This document shows, piece by piece, positions 50,863 through 58,795 of a stretch of 64,000 bases of DNA. This DNA comes from Elusimicrobiota bacterium (GTDB lineage Bacteria > Elusimicrobiota > Elusimicrobia > UBA1565 > UBA9628). The DNA lies in contig JAPLKL010000069.1 of assembly GCA_026388095.1 (NCBI GenBank), positions 8,117-72,116 on the forward strand, written 5' to 3'. Below the pieces are notes generated by a model, which searched no databases, was not told the DNA's origin, and saw only the letters and a list, made by a program, of their open reading frames with translations. Position 1 is the first letter of the stretch. The number at the start of each line of letters is the position of its first letter. The translations under genes were made by a program, and so were the position numbers.

Positions 50863-52082
50863 GACAGGGCCCTCGCGGCTCCGGATTTGAACAGGTCCCA
50901 GGCCCGTTCGCCATAGGGGATCAGCAGCGAGACCAGGTTGCCCCGGCGCGCCACGGTGTACAGGGAGCCGAGGAATATCCATAACGCAAAGGGGATCGTC
51001 TGATAAAAGGTGTATTCCGCCGGGGCCGGCCGGGAAGCCAGCCAGGTCTTGAGCGCGTCCACCTCATCCTGCGTGAGTCCGTCCGAGAAGCGGCCCCCCA
51101 GTTTTTCGGAGAGGTCCTGGTCTTTCTGAAGGGTCCTCCAGGTCTCGTCTGAAAGGACCACTCCGGGCTGGAGGTGCTCGGGCTTGAGCTCCCGCAGGCT
51201 CTCCAGCTCGATGTACCAATGGAAGACCAGGCGCGCCACGGACAGGAACACGCCGAAATTGAACGTCATCTTCAGAGCCCTCACGATGATCGCCAGGATG
51301 TCCCAATGGCCGTAGACCGCGCCCCCGGACATCGCGGCCGCGATGCAGGCCAGCGCCAGATAACCCACCCGGCGGTCGCGCAGGACCATCGTGATCTTGC
51401 CCCAGGCCACGAACATGAGCAGGAAGAGCACCACGTTGCCGAAGGGTCCCCAGGCCAGCTTTTGCGAATAGCGCTGCGAGGTCCCCGTGAGATAGAACAG
51501 GGCGTAGAGGTTCACCACCAAGGTGAGGTACTGGTAGCGGTAGGGCCAAGCCTCGCGGACGCGGACCTCGATGACATCGGCCTTGGCCTTGAGCCAGACC
51601 TTCCAGTCGATCCTCCGCAGCCCGGACGTCCGCAGGAGCAGGTGCCCGACCGTCTCCGCGGCGAAGACCAAGCCGGCCGGCACGAAGATGTTGACCAGCA
51701 GGAGCATGAACAGCAGCAGAGGATAGCCGGGGATGTTGGGGTTGATGAGCGCGACCAGGAAGGCGAAGAGGGTGAAGAGCTTGGCGTCGCCGGCGGGCCA
51801 GATGGCCAGGCGCCACATGGTGAAGGCGGCCGTGAAGCTCAGGGCCATGTGGATGAGCATCTTGGAATAATAGCGCCAGGGCATGTAATGCTCCCCGATG
51901 CGCCCCAGGCGGACGCCCTGGTGGCCCAGGATGGAGTTCCAGAGCAAGAAGGCCAGCCCGGCCGCGCCGGCGAGCAGCCCCAGGACGATCCAGCTGTTGC
52001 GGACCCGGCGCTGCGACCAGTCCTCGTAGGAGACCACCAGGCCCAAGGCCAGGAAAAGGTAGTAGTAGAACTCCGCGATCAC
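50859..52082 (-). CDS. Polytopic membrane protein with N-terminal A24 prepilin-peptidase-like domain
   Basis: A GTG start at 52082 overlaps the upstream radical-SAM stop as GTGA. The track ORF extends further upstream into a low-complexity region that is not real. SYEDWSQRRVRNSWIVLGLL is similar to the A24 motif D-x4-R-x-[IV]-P-N. IWPAGDAKLF is a GGGDVKL-like second-Asp motif. More than 6 TM helices and a ~150-aa soluble C-terminus follow. Confidence 0.6.
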   Translation of the reverse strand: MIAEFYYYLFLALGLVVSYEDWSQRRVRNSWIVLGLLAGAAGLAFLLWNSILGHQGVRLGRIGEHYMPWRYYSKMLIHMALSFTAAFTMWRLAIWPAGDAKLFTLFAFLVALINPNIPGYPLLLFMLLLVNIFVPAGLVFAAETVGHLLLRTSGLRRIDWKVWLKAKADVIEVRVREAWPYRYQYLTLVVNLYALFYLTGTSQRYSQKLAWGPFGNVVLFLLMFVAWGKITMVLRDRRVGYLALACIAAAMSGGAVYGHWDILAIIVRALKMTFNFGVFLSVARLVFHWYIELESLRELKPEHLQPGVVLSDETWRTLQKDQDLSEKLGGRFSDGLTQDEVDALKTWLASRPAPAEYTFYQTIPFALWIFLGSLYTVARRGNLVSLLIPYGERAWDLFKSGAARALS

Positions 52083-53017
52083 GAGTCCTCCCGGACCCGG
52101 CGCGCGACCCAAGCCGGGTCCGTGAAGACGGGGCAGAGTTCCGCCTCCGAGTAGTAGACGCCGAGCTGATAGAGCCCCGCGCAGAGGGCCTGGAGCCGGC
52201 ACTGCGGGCAGCGCTCGCCTTTCTTGTAGGTCCAGGCGCTGCGGTCCTGGACGCGCAGGCCCTTCTCGTCCAGGAAATAGATCCGGCGGCCCTCGTTCTT
52301 GACGAGCTTGCGCGTCTCGGTGGAGCGGTAGGGGAACTCGGACATGAAGCACAAGGGGACCCGCTCCACCCGGAAGGACCGCCCGGTGGCGGCGAGCCAG
52401 GTCATGGCCTTGTGCAGTTCGACCTCGAAGTCCCGCAGACGGGGCACGAGCTCGTCCTTGGCCGCGCTCTCGTTCATCAGGGGGTCGAGATTATTCCAGA
52501 CGAAGTGCCGCACCTGCGGGGCCTGTTCGACGACCCAGCGCACCAGCTCGCTCAGATGCCCGGCGTTGGCCTTGCTGATCACCGTGTTGATGTCCACGCG
52601 GATGCCGAGCTTGCCGGCATGACGCAGGGAGCGCCGGATGTTCTCAAAAGAGTCGGGGTTGGAGGAGAGCCGGGCCTGCACCTCGGGACGGCAGGAGTAG
52701 ATCGAGATGTGCATGTGCGCCAGCCCCGCGCGCGCCAAAGAGCGGAGGTAGCGCGGGTCAGCGGTCTTCTGCCCGTTGGTGATCAGCCGCGGGATGAGCC
52801 TGCGCTCGACCGCGTAGGCCACCAGCCGCGGCAGTTGGGGGAACATGGTGGGCTCGCCGCCGGTCAGGATCACGCCCGAGGCGCCGTCCTTGGCGAAGGA
52901 ATCGATCCAGGTCGCGGCCTCCTTCCAGGAGATGACCCGGCCGTTGGCCGGGTTGGAGCAGAAGAGGCACTTCTGGTTGCAGACCCGGGAGACCTGGAGG
53001 TAGGCGAGCTCAGCCAT
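52079..53017 (-). CDS. Radical SAM protein with C-terminal Cys cluster, paralogue 2
   Basis: CNQKCLFC, GGEPTMFP and a C-terminal CPQCRLQALCAG are present. The start overlaps the upstream gene by 8 nt. Confidence 0.75.
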   Translation of the reverse strand: MAELAYLQVSRVCNQKCLFCSNPANGRVISWKEAATWIDSFAKDGASGVILTGGEPTMFPQLPRLVAYAVERRLIPRLITNGQKTADPRYLRSLARAGLAHMHISIYSCRPEVQARLSSNPDSFENIRRSLRHAGKLGIRVDINTVISKANAGHLSELVRWVVEQAPQVRHFVWNNLDPLMNESAAKDELVPRLRDFEVELHKAMTWLAATGRSFRVERVPLCFMSEFPYRSTETRKLVKNEGRRIYFLDEKGLRVQDRSAWTYKKGERCPQCRLQALCAGLYQLGVYYSEAELCPVFTDPAWVARRVREDS

Positions 53018-54143
53018 GCTTCCTCTTGACGGGCCGCAGCCCTGAGAACCCCTTCTCGCGGACCTCGCGCACGCTCATCCCGTCGCAGCGCGCGGCCCGG
53101 GCGCAGCGCGCGCAGGCCGAGCCCTTGGCGAAGAACCGCGCCCGGACGAAGAACTCGGCGAATCCGACGATGTCGGGCTTGCTCCCCAGCCGGAAGACCT
53201 CGCCGGTCCCCTTCTGCCCCAGGCACAGCGGCCCGACCTTGGCCGGCAGGCGCCCGGCCCGGCGCAGCCGCGCGATGTCCGGACAGAAATCGCGCATGAA
53301 GCACTGCGGGCAGGACGCCCCCAAGCAGCTGGGCGCCTTGCCGCCGCCGAGGTAGCGCCCCAGCAGGCGGCGGCGGCCGCGCACCTCGTCGAGGATCTTC
53401 TCCGGGGACTGGATGAGGGCCTCGAAGCCCTCCAGGTAGTCCGCGCGCAGCCGGTTGGTGAAGATGTGCAGGTCCGGCCGCCGCGCCAGCCTCAGCGCCC
53501 GGTGCAGGCGCGCCAGGTCCCGGGGGTCGGAGAAGTCGCAGAAGAGGTCCTCGCGGTTGCGCCAGGCGTCTCCGAACGGGACCAAGGCCAGGAGGTCGAA
53601 CTCGCGCACGCCCACCTTGATGTAGAACTCGAGGAGCCGGCGCAGGACCGGCAGGTTGAGGCGGTTGATGACCACGTCCACGCTCACGATGAGCCCGGGC
53701 ACGGCCAGGGCCGCGCGCAGGCCGGCCAAGGCCTGGACGAAGGAGCCCGGGACCCGGGTGAGCCGGTCGTGCAGGGCCGCGGTGTGGCCGTGCAGAGAGA
53801 AGGTCACTTCATCGAGCCCGGCCGCGACCGCCGCCTGGAGGAAATCCGGATAGCAGAAGCGGCGCCCGTTGGTGATGGTCTGGATGTGGGTATAGCCGAG
53901 CTCCTTGGCCAGGCCCACCGTCTTCAGGTAGCCGGGGTGGAGGGTGGGCTCGCCGCCGCTCAGGACCACGCGCCGCAGTCCCTGGCGCCGGCCGCGGGCC
54001 AGCTCCCGGCGCAGGGTGTCCCAGGGCACGGTGTCGCCGTCCTGGGCCCCGCGGTCGTGGCAGAAGAGGCAGCGCTGGTTGCAGCACCGGGTGAGCCTCA
54101 CCCAATGCCGCTTCTCGGCCACGCCCTGCCCTGTGTCAGCCAC
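53010..54143 (-). CDS. Radical SAM protein with C-terminal Cys-rich SPASM-like region, paralogue 1
   Basis: CCNQRCLFC, GGEPTLHP, and a C-terminal CLGASCPQCFMRDFCPD plus CARCARAARC are present. Confidence 0.75.
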   Translation of the reverse strand: MADTGQGVAEKRHWVRLTRCCNQRCLFCHDRGAQDGDTVPWDTLRRELARGRRQGLRRVVLSGGEPTLHPGYLKTVGLAKELGYTHIQTITNGRRFCYPDFLQAAVAAGLDEVTFSLHGHTAALHDRLTRVPGSFVQALAGLRAALAVPGLIVSVDVVINRLNLPVLRRLLEFYIKVGVREFDLLALVPFGDAWRNREDLFCDFSDPRDLARLHRALRLARRPDLHIFTNRLRADYLEGFEALIQSPEKILDEVRGRRRLLGRYLGGGKAPSCLGASCPQCFMRDFCPDIARLRRAGRLPAKVGPLCLGQKGTGEVFRLGSKPDIVGFAEFFVRARFFAKGSACARCARAARCDGMSVREVREKGFSGLRPVKRKHG

Positions 54144-54154
54144 CGTGATCGCGC

Positions 54155-55093
54155 CTACCAGGCCCCGTAGAAACGCCGGTCATCCATGGGAGTGGGGACC
54201 GGGCAGTCCTCCTTGCGCACGGCCAGGATCTTGGCCGCCAGGGACTTGATGCTCTTGGCGAAGGGCGACTTGGGCGCGCGTTCGACCACGGTCTTGTGCC
54301 GGGCGAACTCGGCTTCGCGCACGGCCAGGTCGCGCGGCACGTACTCCAGGATGCGGGTCCCGATGATCCGGGCGAAGTGCTCGAGCCGCTTGCGGTCGAC
54401 CTTGCCGTCCTTGAGATTGGCCACCAGGCCCGCGAGGTAGACGCCGTTGGAGGCGTAGGTGCGCACGGACTTGGCGATGTTGTTGGCGGCGTAGAGGGCC
54501 ATGAACTCCTCGGAGACCACGATGACGATCTTCTCCGCGAAGCCCTTGCGCAGGGGCGCGGCGAAGCCGCCGCAGACCACGTCGCCGAGCACGTCGAAGA
54601 CCGCGATGTCATAGCCTCCCCCCCCGAGGACCCCGAGGTCCTGGAAGGCCTCCAGCATCAGCGAGATCCCCCGGCCCGCGCAGCCGACCCCGGGCTCCGG
54701 GCCGCCGGCCTCGGCGCAGTCGATGCCCAGCCGGCCCTTGACCAGGAGGTCGGCGGCCTTGAGCTCGCCGCGGTCGCGGTTGCCGAAGGTCCGGGCGTGC
54801 TTCTCCATGAAGGTCTCGATGAGGCTGCCGTCGACGAGTCCGACCGTGGAGTCGTGCTTGGGGTCGCAGCCGATGTGGAGGACCTTGCGCTTCTGCAGGG
54901 CGTAGACGGTGCTCAAGTTCGCCGCGATGGTGGACTTGCCGATGCCGCCCTTGCCGAAGATGACGATGTTCTGCGTCTTGGCCCTGCGTTTATTCTCGAT
55001 ATTATAATGATACCAATCTGCGGACAGGCGCGGACAGGGCCGCGCGGGGAGGCTCTTTACCGGGATGGCGCAAATTGCCACAATACGGCCCAT
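54155..55093 (-). CDS. NifH/BchL/CfbC-family Fe-protein-like ATPase (standalone). The start codon is uncertain.
   Basis: IVIFGKGGIGKST (P-loop), CDPKHD, EPGVGCAGRGI and LGDVVCGGFA (both Fe-S Cys ligands) are present. An ATG at 55093 has an AGGAG RBS but would overlap the divergent M2 peptidase gene. No canonical start lies close to the P-loop. Confidence 0.65.
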   Translation of the reverse strand: MGRIVAICAIPVKSLPARPCPRLSADWYHYNIENKRRAKTQNIVIFGKGGIGKSTIAANLSTVYALQKRKVLHIGCDPKHDSTVGLVDGSLIETFMEKHARTFGNRDRGELKAADLLVKGRLGIDCAEAGGPEPGVGCAGRGISLMLEAFQDLGVLGGGGYDIAVFDVLGDVVCGGFAAPLRKGFAEKIVIVVSEEFMALYAANNIAKSVRTYASNGVYLAGLVANLKDGKVDRKRLEHFARIIGTRILEYVPRDLAVREAEFARHKTVVERAPKSPFAKSIKSLAAKILAVRKEDCPVPTPMDDRRFYGAW

Positions 55094-56888
55094 GAGAACA
55101 AAACTCCTGCTCGCCGTCTTTTTGGCCCTCCCGGCCGCCGCCCGCGCCGCCACCTTGCAGGAGCAAGCCGCGCAGTTCGTCGCGGACTATTCCCATCTTT
55201 ACCAAGGCGTCTACACCGCGGCCCAGGAAGCCTCCTGGAAAGCCTCCACGGACGTCACCCCCGAGCACGAGGGCCTGCGCACCGGCGCCAACCAGGCCTT
55301 GGCGTCGTTGACCGGCAGCCCCTACATCATCGCCCAGGCCCGGGAATTCCTCAAGCGCAAAGCCGAGCTCGCCCCGCAGACCGTGCGCGAGCTCCAGCGC
55401 ATCTGGTGGATGGCGGCCGAGGACCCCGGCGACATCCCCGAGACCGTGGCCAAGCGCGTGGAGGCGGAGAGCAAGCGGTCCAGCGCCATGGACTCCTTCT
55501 CGTTCTGCGTCGAACGCTCCAGCGACGGCAAGGCCTGCGCCAAGCCCACCACGCCCAACGAGATCGACAACATCCTGGCCTCGACCGCCACGGACGCGGC
55601 CACTCACCTCAAGTACTGGCTCGCCTCCAAGGAGATCGGCCCCGCCCTCAAGCCCGGCCTGGTCAACCTGCGCGGCTTGCGCAACGAGGTGGCCCGCCAC
55701 TTCGACTACCCCTCCTATTTCGACCTCCAGGTGGCCTGGTACGACATGACCACGCCGGAGATGATGGCCATGCTCGAAAGCGTGCTCAAGGACATCCAGC
55801 CCCTCTACGAGCAGGTCCACTGCTACGCCAAGTACGAGCTGGCCAAGCGCTACCATGAGCCCGCGCCCAAAGGCCCCATCCCCGCCCAATGGCTGGGCAA
55901 CCGCTGGGCCCAGGGCTGGCCCGGTCTCGTGGAGGGCGTGGACCTCGACCCCTACTTCAAGGGCCGCACGCCCGAGTGGATCGTCAAGCAGGGCGAAGCC
56001 TTCTACACCTCGATGGGCCTGGCCCCCCTGCCCGACAACTTCTGGCAGAACTCCGACCTCTACCCCGTGGCCCAGAGCCTGCGCAAGAAGAACACCCACG
56101 CCTCGGCCTGGCACATCGACCTCGACCACAACGTGCGCTCCTTGCAGTCCGTCGAGCCCAACGCGGAGTGGTGGGCCACCGTGCACCACGAGCTCGGCCA
56201 CATCTTCTACTTCCTGGCCTATGCGCGGCCCGAGGTGCCCATCCTCCTGCGCGACGGGGCCATGCGCGCCTTCCACGAGGGCTTCGGCGACATGGCCGCC
56301 ATCGCGGCCAACCAGGCGCCTTACCTGCGCCAGGTCGGGGTCCTGCCCAAGGACGCCAAGATCGACGAGAACCGCTGGCTGCTCGCCGAGGCCATGGATT
56401 CCATAGTCTTTCTGCCTTTCTCCGCCGGCACCATGACGCATTGGGAGCGGGACCTCTACGCGGGGGACATGCCTCCCGAACAGTGGAACGCGCGCTGGTG
56501 GCAGTACGCCCGCCAGTACCAGGGCATCGCGCCCCCCGAAACCCGCGGCGAGGAGCTCTGCGACGCCTGCACCAAGACCCACATCAACGACAACCCCGCC
56601 TACTACAACACCTACGCCATCGGCACCGTGTTCAAATACCAGCTGCACGACCACATCTGCCGCAATATCCTGCACCAGGACCCCCGCCGCTGCGACTACT
56701 ACGGCAGCAAGGAAGTCGGCGACTTTCTAAAGGACCTGCTCTCCAAAGGAGCGACGGAGGATTGGCGCGCGCTCATGCGCGAGAAGACCGGCGCGGACCT
56801 CTCCAGCAAGGCCATGATGGACTACTTCAGCCCGCTGATGGACTATCTCAAGAAGGAGAACAAAGGCCGCGCCTGCGGCTGGAAGTAG
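55065..56888 (+). CDS. Peptidase family M2 (angiotensin-converting-enzyme-like peptidyl-dipeptidase), secreted
   Basis: A signal peptide MRTKLLLAVFLALPAAARA is followed by HHELGH...HEGFGD, the M2 HExxH + E zinc-binding signature (compare ACE HHEMGH..HEAIGD). A GGAGG sequence lies upstream of the ATG at 55065. Confidence 0.8.
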   Translation: MAQIATIRPMRTKLLLAVFLALPAAARAATLQEQAAQFVADYSHLYQGVYTAAQEASWKASTDVTPEHEGLRTGANQALASLTGSPYIIAQAREFLKRKAELAPQTVRELQRIWWMAAEDPGDIPETVAKRVEAESKRSSAMDSFSFCVERSSDGKACAKPTTPNEIDNILASTATDAATHLKYWLASKEIGPALKPGLVNLRGLRNEVARHFDYPSYFDLQVAWYDMTTPEMMAMLESVLKDIQPLYEQVHCYAKYELAKRYHEPAPKGPIPAQWLGNRWAQGWPGLVEGVDLDPYFKGRTPEWIVKQGEAFYTSMGLAPLPDNFWQNSDLYPVAQSLRKKNTHASAWHIDLDHNVRSLQSVEPNAEWWATVHHELGHIFYFLAYARPEVPILLRDGAMRAFHEGFGDMAAIAANQAPYLRQVGVLPKDAKIDENRWLLAEAMDSIVFLPFSAGTMTHWERDLYAGDMPPEQWNARWWQYARQYQGIAPPETRGEELCDACTKTHINDNPAYYNTYAIGTVFKYQLHDHICRNILHQDPRRCDYYGSKEVGDFLKDLLSKGATEDWRALMREKTGADLSSKAMMDYFSPLMDYLKKENKGRACGWK

Positions 56889-58175
56889 ATGGAGCTCTCG
56901 GCCCGGTTCTTCATCCAGCTGGCCGTCATCCTGGCGGCCTGCCGGACTTTGGCCTGGCTGGGGCGGCGGGCCCTGCAGCCGGCGGTGGTCTGCGAGATCG
57001 TGGCGGGCATCCTGCTGGGGCCGTCCCTCTTGGGCCTGCTCTGGCCCGCGGCCTACGCCTGGCTCTTCCCCAAGGCCGGGCTGGCGGCCCTGTCCGCGGC
57101 GAGCCAGGTGGGCCTGGCGCTCTACATGTTCGTAGTCGGCCTGGAGTTCCGCACCGACCTCCTGGCCGCGGGCTGGCGCAGCTCCGCGGCCGTGTCGCTC
57201 GCCGGCATCGCCGCGCCCTTGGCCCTGGGCGCCTGGCTGGGCGCCAGCCTCACGCCGGCCGCCGCTTACTTCGGAGCCGGGATCTCCCGGCCGCAGGCCA
57301 TGCTCTTCACCGGGGCGGCCCTGTGCATCACCGCCTTCCCGGTGCTGGCGCGCATCATCACGGAGCGGGGCTTGACCGGCACGCGCCTGGGCACCATGGT
57401 CCTGGGCGCGGGCGCCTTCAACGACGCGGCGGCCTGGGCGCTCTTGGCCGTGCTCCTGGCCGGCCTGGACTCGGCCCCCAGCCTGGCGGCCCTGGCCGTG
57501 GGCGGCGGGCTCGCCTATGTCGCGCTGGTCTTCTGGGCCGTGCGGCCGGCGGCGCGCTGGTTCGTCGCGCGCCATCCCAGGGCGGCGCTGGGGCCGGGGG
57601 CCCTGCCCGTGGCCTGCGTCGCGCTGGCGCTGGCGGCCTGGTACGCGGACTTCATCGGCCTGCACGCCGTCTTCGGCGCCTTCCTGCTCGGCGCGGCCAT
57701 GCCGCGGGGCACGTTCGCCGACGCCCTGCGCGCCAAGATCGAGCCGGTGACCACGGCTTTGCTCGTGCCGCTGTTCTTCGCCTTCTCCGGCATCAACACG
57801 CGGCTGGGCCTGCTCGCCGCGCACGGGATGTGGGCCACGGCCGCGGCCGTCTTCCTGGTCGCCACCGCGGGCAAGGGGGCGGCCTGCGCGCTGGCGGCCC
57901 GGGCCGGAGGCTGGCCCGCGGCCGAATCCGCCGCCGTGGGCGCGCTCATGAACGCGCGCGGGCTCATGGAGCTCATCCTGCTCAACATCGGCCTGCAGCG
58001 CGGCCTCATCACCCCGACCTTCTTCACCGTGCTGGTCCTGATGGCCGTGGCCACGACCATGGCCGCCTCGCCCGCCTTCGAGCTGCTGCGGCCGCTGCTG
58101 AAGGACGCGACGACGCTCCCCGCCCCGGCTCCCGCGCCTACAGCAAGGCCAGGAGCTCCCCGGGCCGGCGGATGA
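56889..58175 (+). CDS. Cation:proton antiporter (CPA2/KefB-like Na+/H+ exchanger family)
   Basis: 12-13 TM helices and the Na_H_Exchanger motifs (ILLGPSLLG and ...AFNDAAAW...) are present. The ATG directly follows the M2 peptidase stop. Confidence 0.8.
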   Translation: MELSARFFIQLAVILAACRTLAWLGRRALQPAVVCEIVAGILLGPSLLGLLWPAAYAWLFPKAGLAALSAASQVGLALYMFVVGLEFRTDLLAAGWRSSAAVSLAGIAAPLALGAWLGASLTPAAAYFGAGISRPQAMLFTGAALCITAFPVLARIITERGLTGTRLGTMVLGAGAFNDAAAWALLAVLLAGLDSAPSLAALAVGGGLAYVALVFWAVRPAARWFVARHPRAALGPGALPVACVALALAAWYADFIGLHAVFGAFLLGAAMPRGTFADALRAKIEPVTTALLVPLFFAFSGINTRLGLLAAHGMWATAAAVFLVATAGKGAACALAARAGGWPAAESAAVGALMNARGLMELILLNIGLQRGLITPTFFTVLVLMAVATTMAASPAFELLRPLLKDATTLPAPAPAPTARPGAPRAGG

Positions 58176-58791
58176 GGACCCGCGCGCCGAAGCGCTCGAG
58201 CTCCTCGGCGTCGCGGAAGCCCCACAGCGCTCCCACCGGGAACATGCCCGCCGCCACGGCCGCCTTCATGTCCACGCAGGTGTCCCCCAAATAGAGTACC
58301 GCGCCGGGTCGGACTCCCATGGCCCGAGCTGCGGCCAAAGGCCCGGCCGGGGCCGGCTTTAAAGGGACCTTGGGCCGCGCGCCGCGCACCACGGCGAAGC
58401 GCCAGCGCGGCAGGAGCTCGGCCACGCACTCCTCGGTGAACCGTTGGGGCTTGTTGGAGACCACGGCCATGGGCAGGCCCCGCCGGGCCACTCCTGCGAG
58501 CATCCGGGCCACGCCCGGATAAGGCCTCGTCTCGTCCATGCTGTGCTGTTCGTAGAGCTCCTCGAAGCGCCGGGCCCGGGCCCGCAGGCCGGGGCCGCGC
58601 AGGGCGCGGGACGGGAAAGCCCGCACCAAAAGCTCGGTCAGGCCGTCACCCACGAAATGCTTGTAGGCCTCCTTCGGATGCGGCGGCAGGCCCAGTTCGG
58701 CCCGGACCAGGTTCACGCAGCTCGCGATGTCCGCGAGCGTGTCGAGCAAGGTCCCGTCGAGGTCGAAGAGTACGGCCTTGAAGCCGGGCAT
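58138..58791 (-). CDS. HAD-superfamily hydrolase (phosphoglycolate phosphatase-like, subfamily IA)
   Basis: HAD motifs: I AVLFDLDGTLLDT, II VVSNK, IV YLGDTCVDMKAA. Confidence 0.8.
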   Translation of the reverse strand: MPGFKAVLFDLDGTLLDTLADIASCVNLVRAELGLPPHPKEAYKHFVGDGLTELLVRAFPSRALRGPGLRARARRFEELYEQHSMDETRPYPGVARMLAGVARRGLPMAVVSNKPQRFTEECVAELLPRWRFAVVRGARPKVPLKPAPAGPLAAARAMGVRPGAVLYLGDTCVDMKAAVAAGMFPVGALWGFRDAEELERFGARVLIRRPGELLALL

Positions 58792-58795
58792 GGCA

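Noticed and set aside
55002-56675. 557-aa minus ORF; also the minus ORFs 56727-57824, 57515-58429 and 61160-62623
   Set aside because: They lie antisense to the M2 peptidase, the antiporter and the ALDH genes. The low-complexity Gly/Arg/Ala composition marks them as spurious.
58138-58175. 38-nt convergent 3' overlap between the antiporter (plus) and the HAD phosphatase (minus)
   Set aside because: Probably both stops are real. Such convergent overlaps are common in dense high-GC genomes, and there is no evidence of a functional link.
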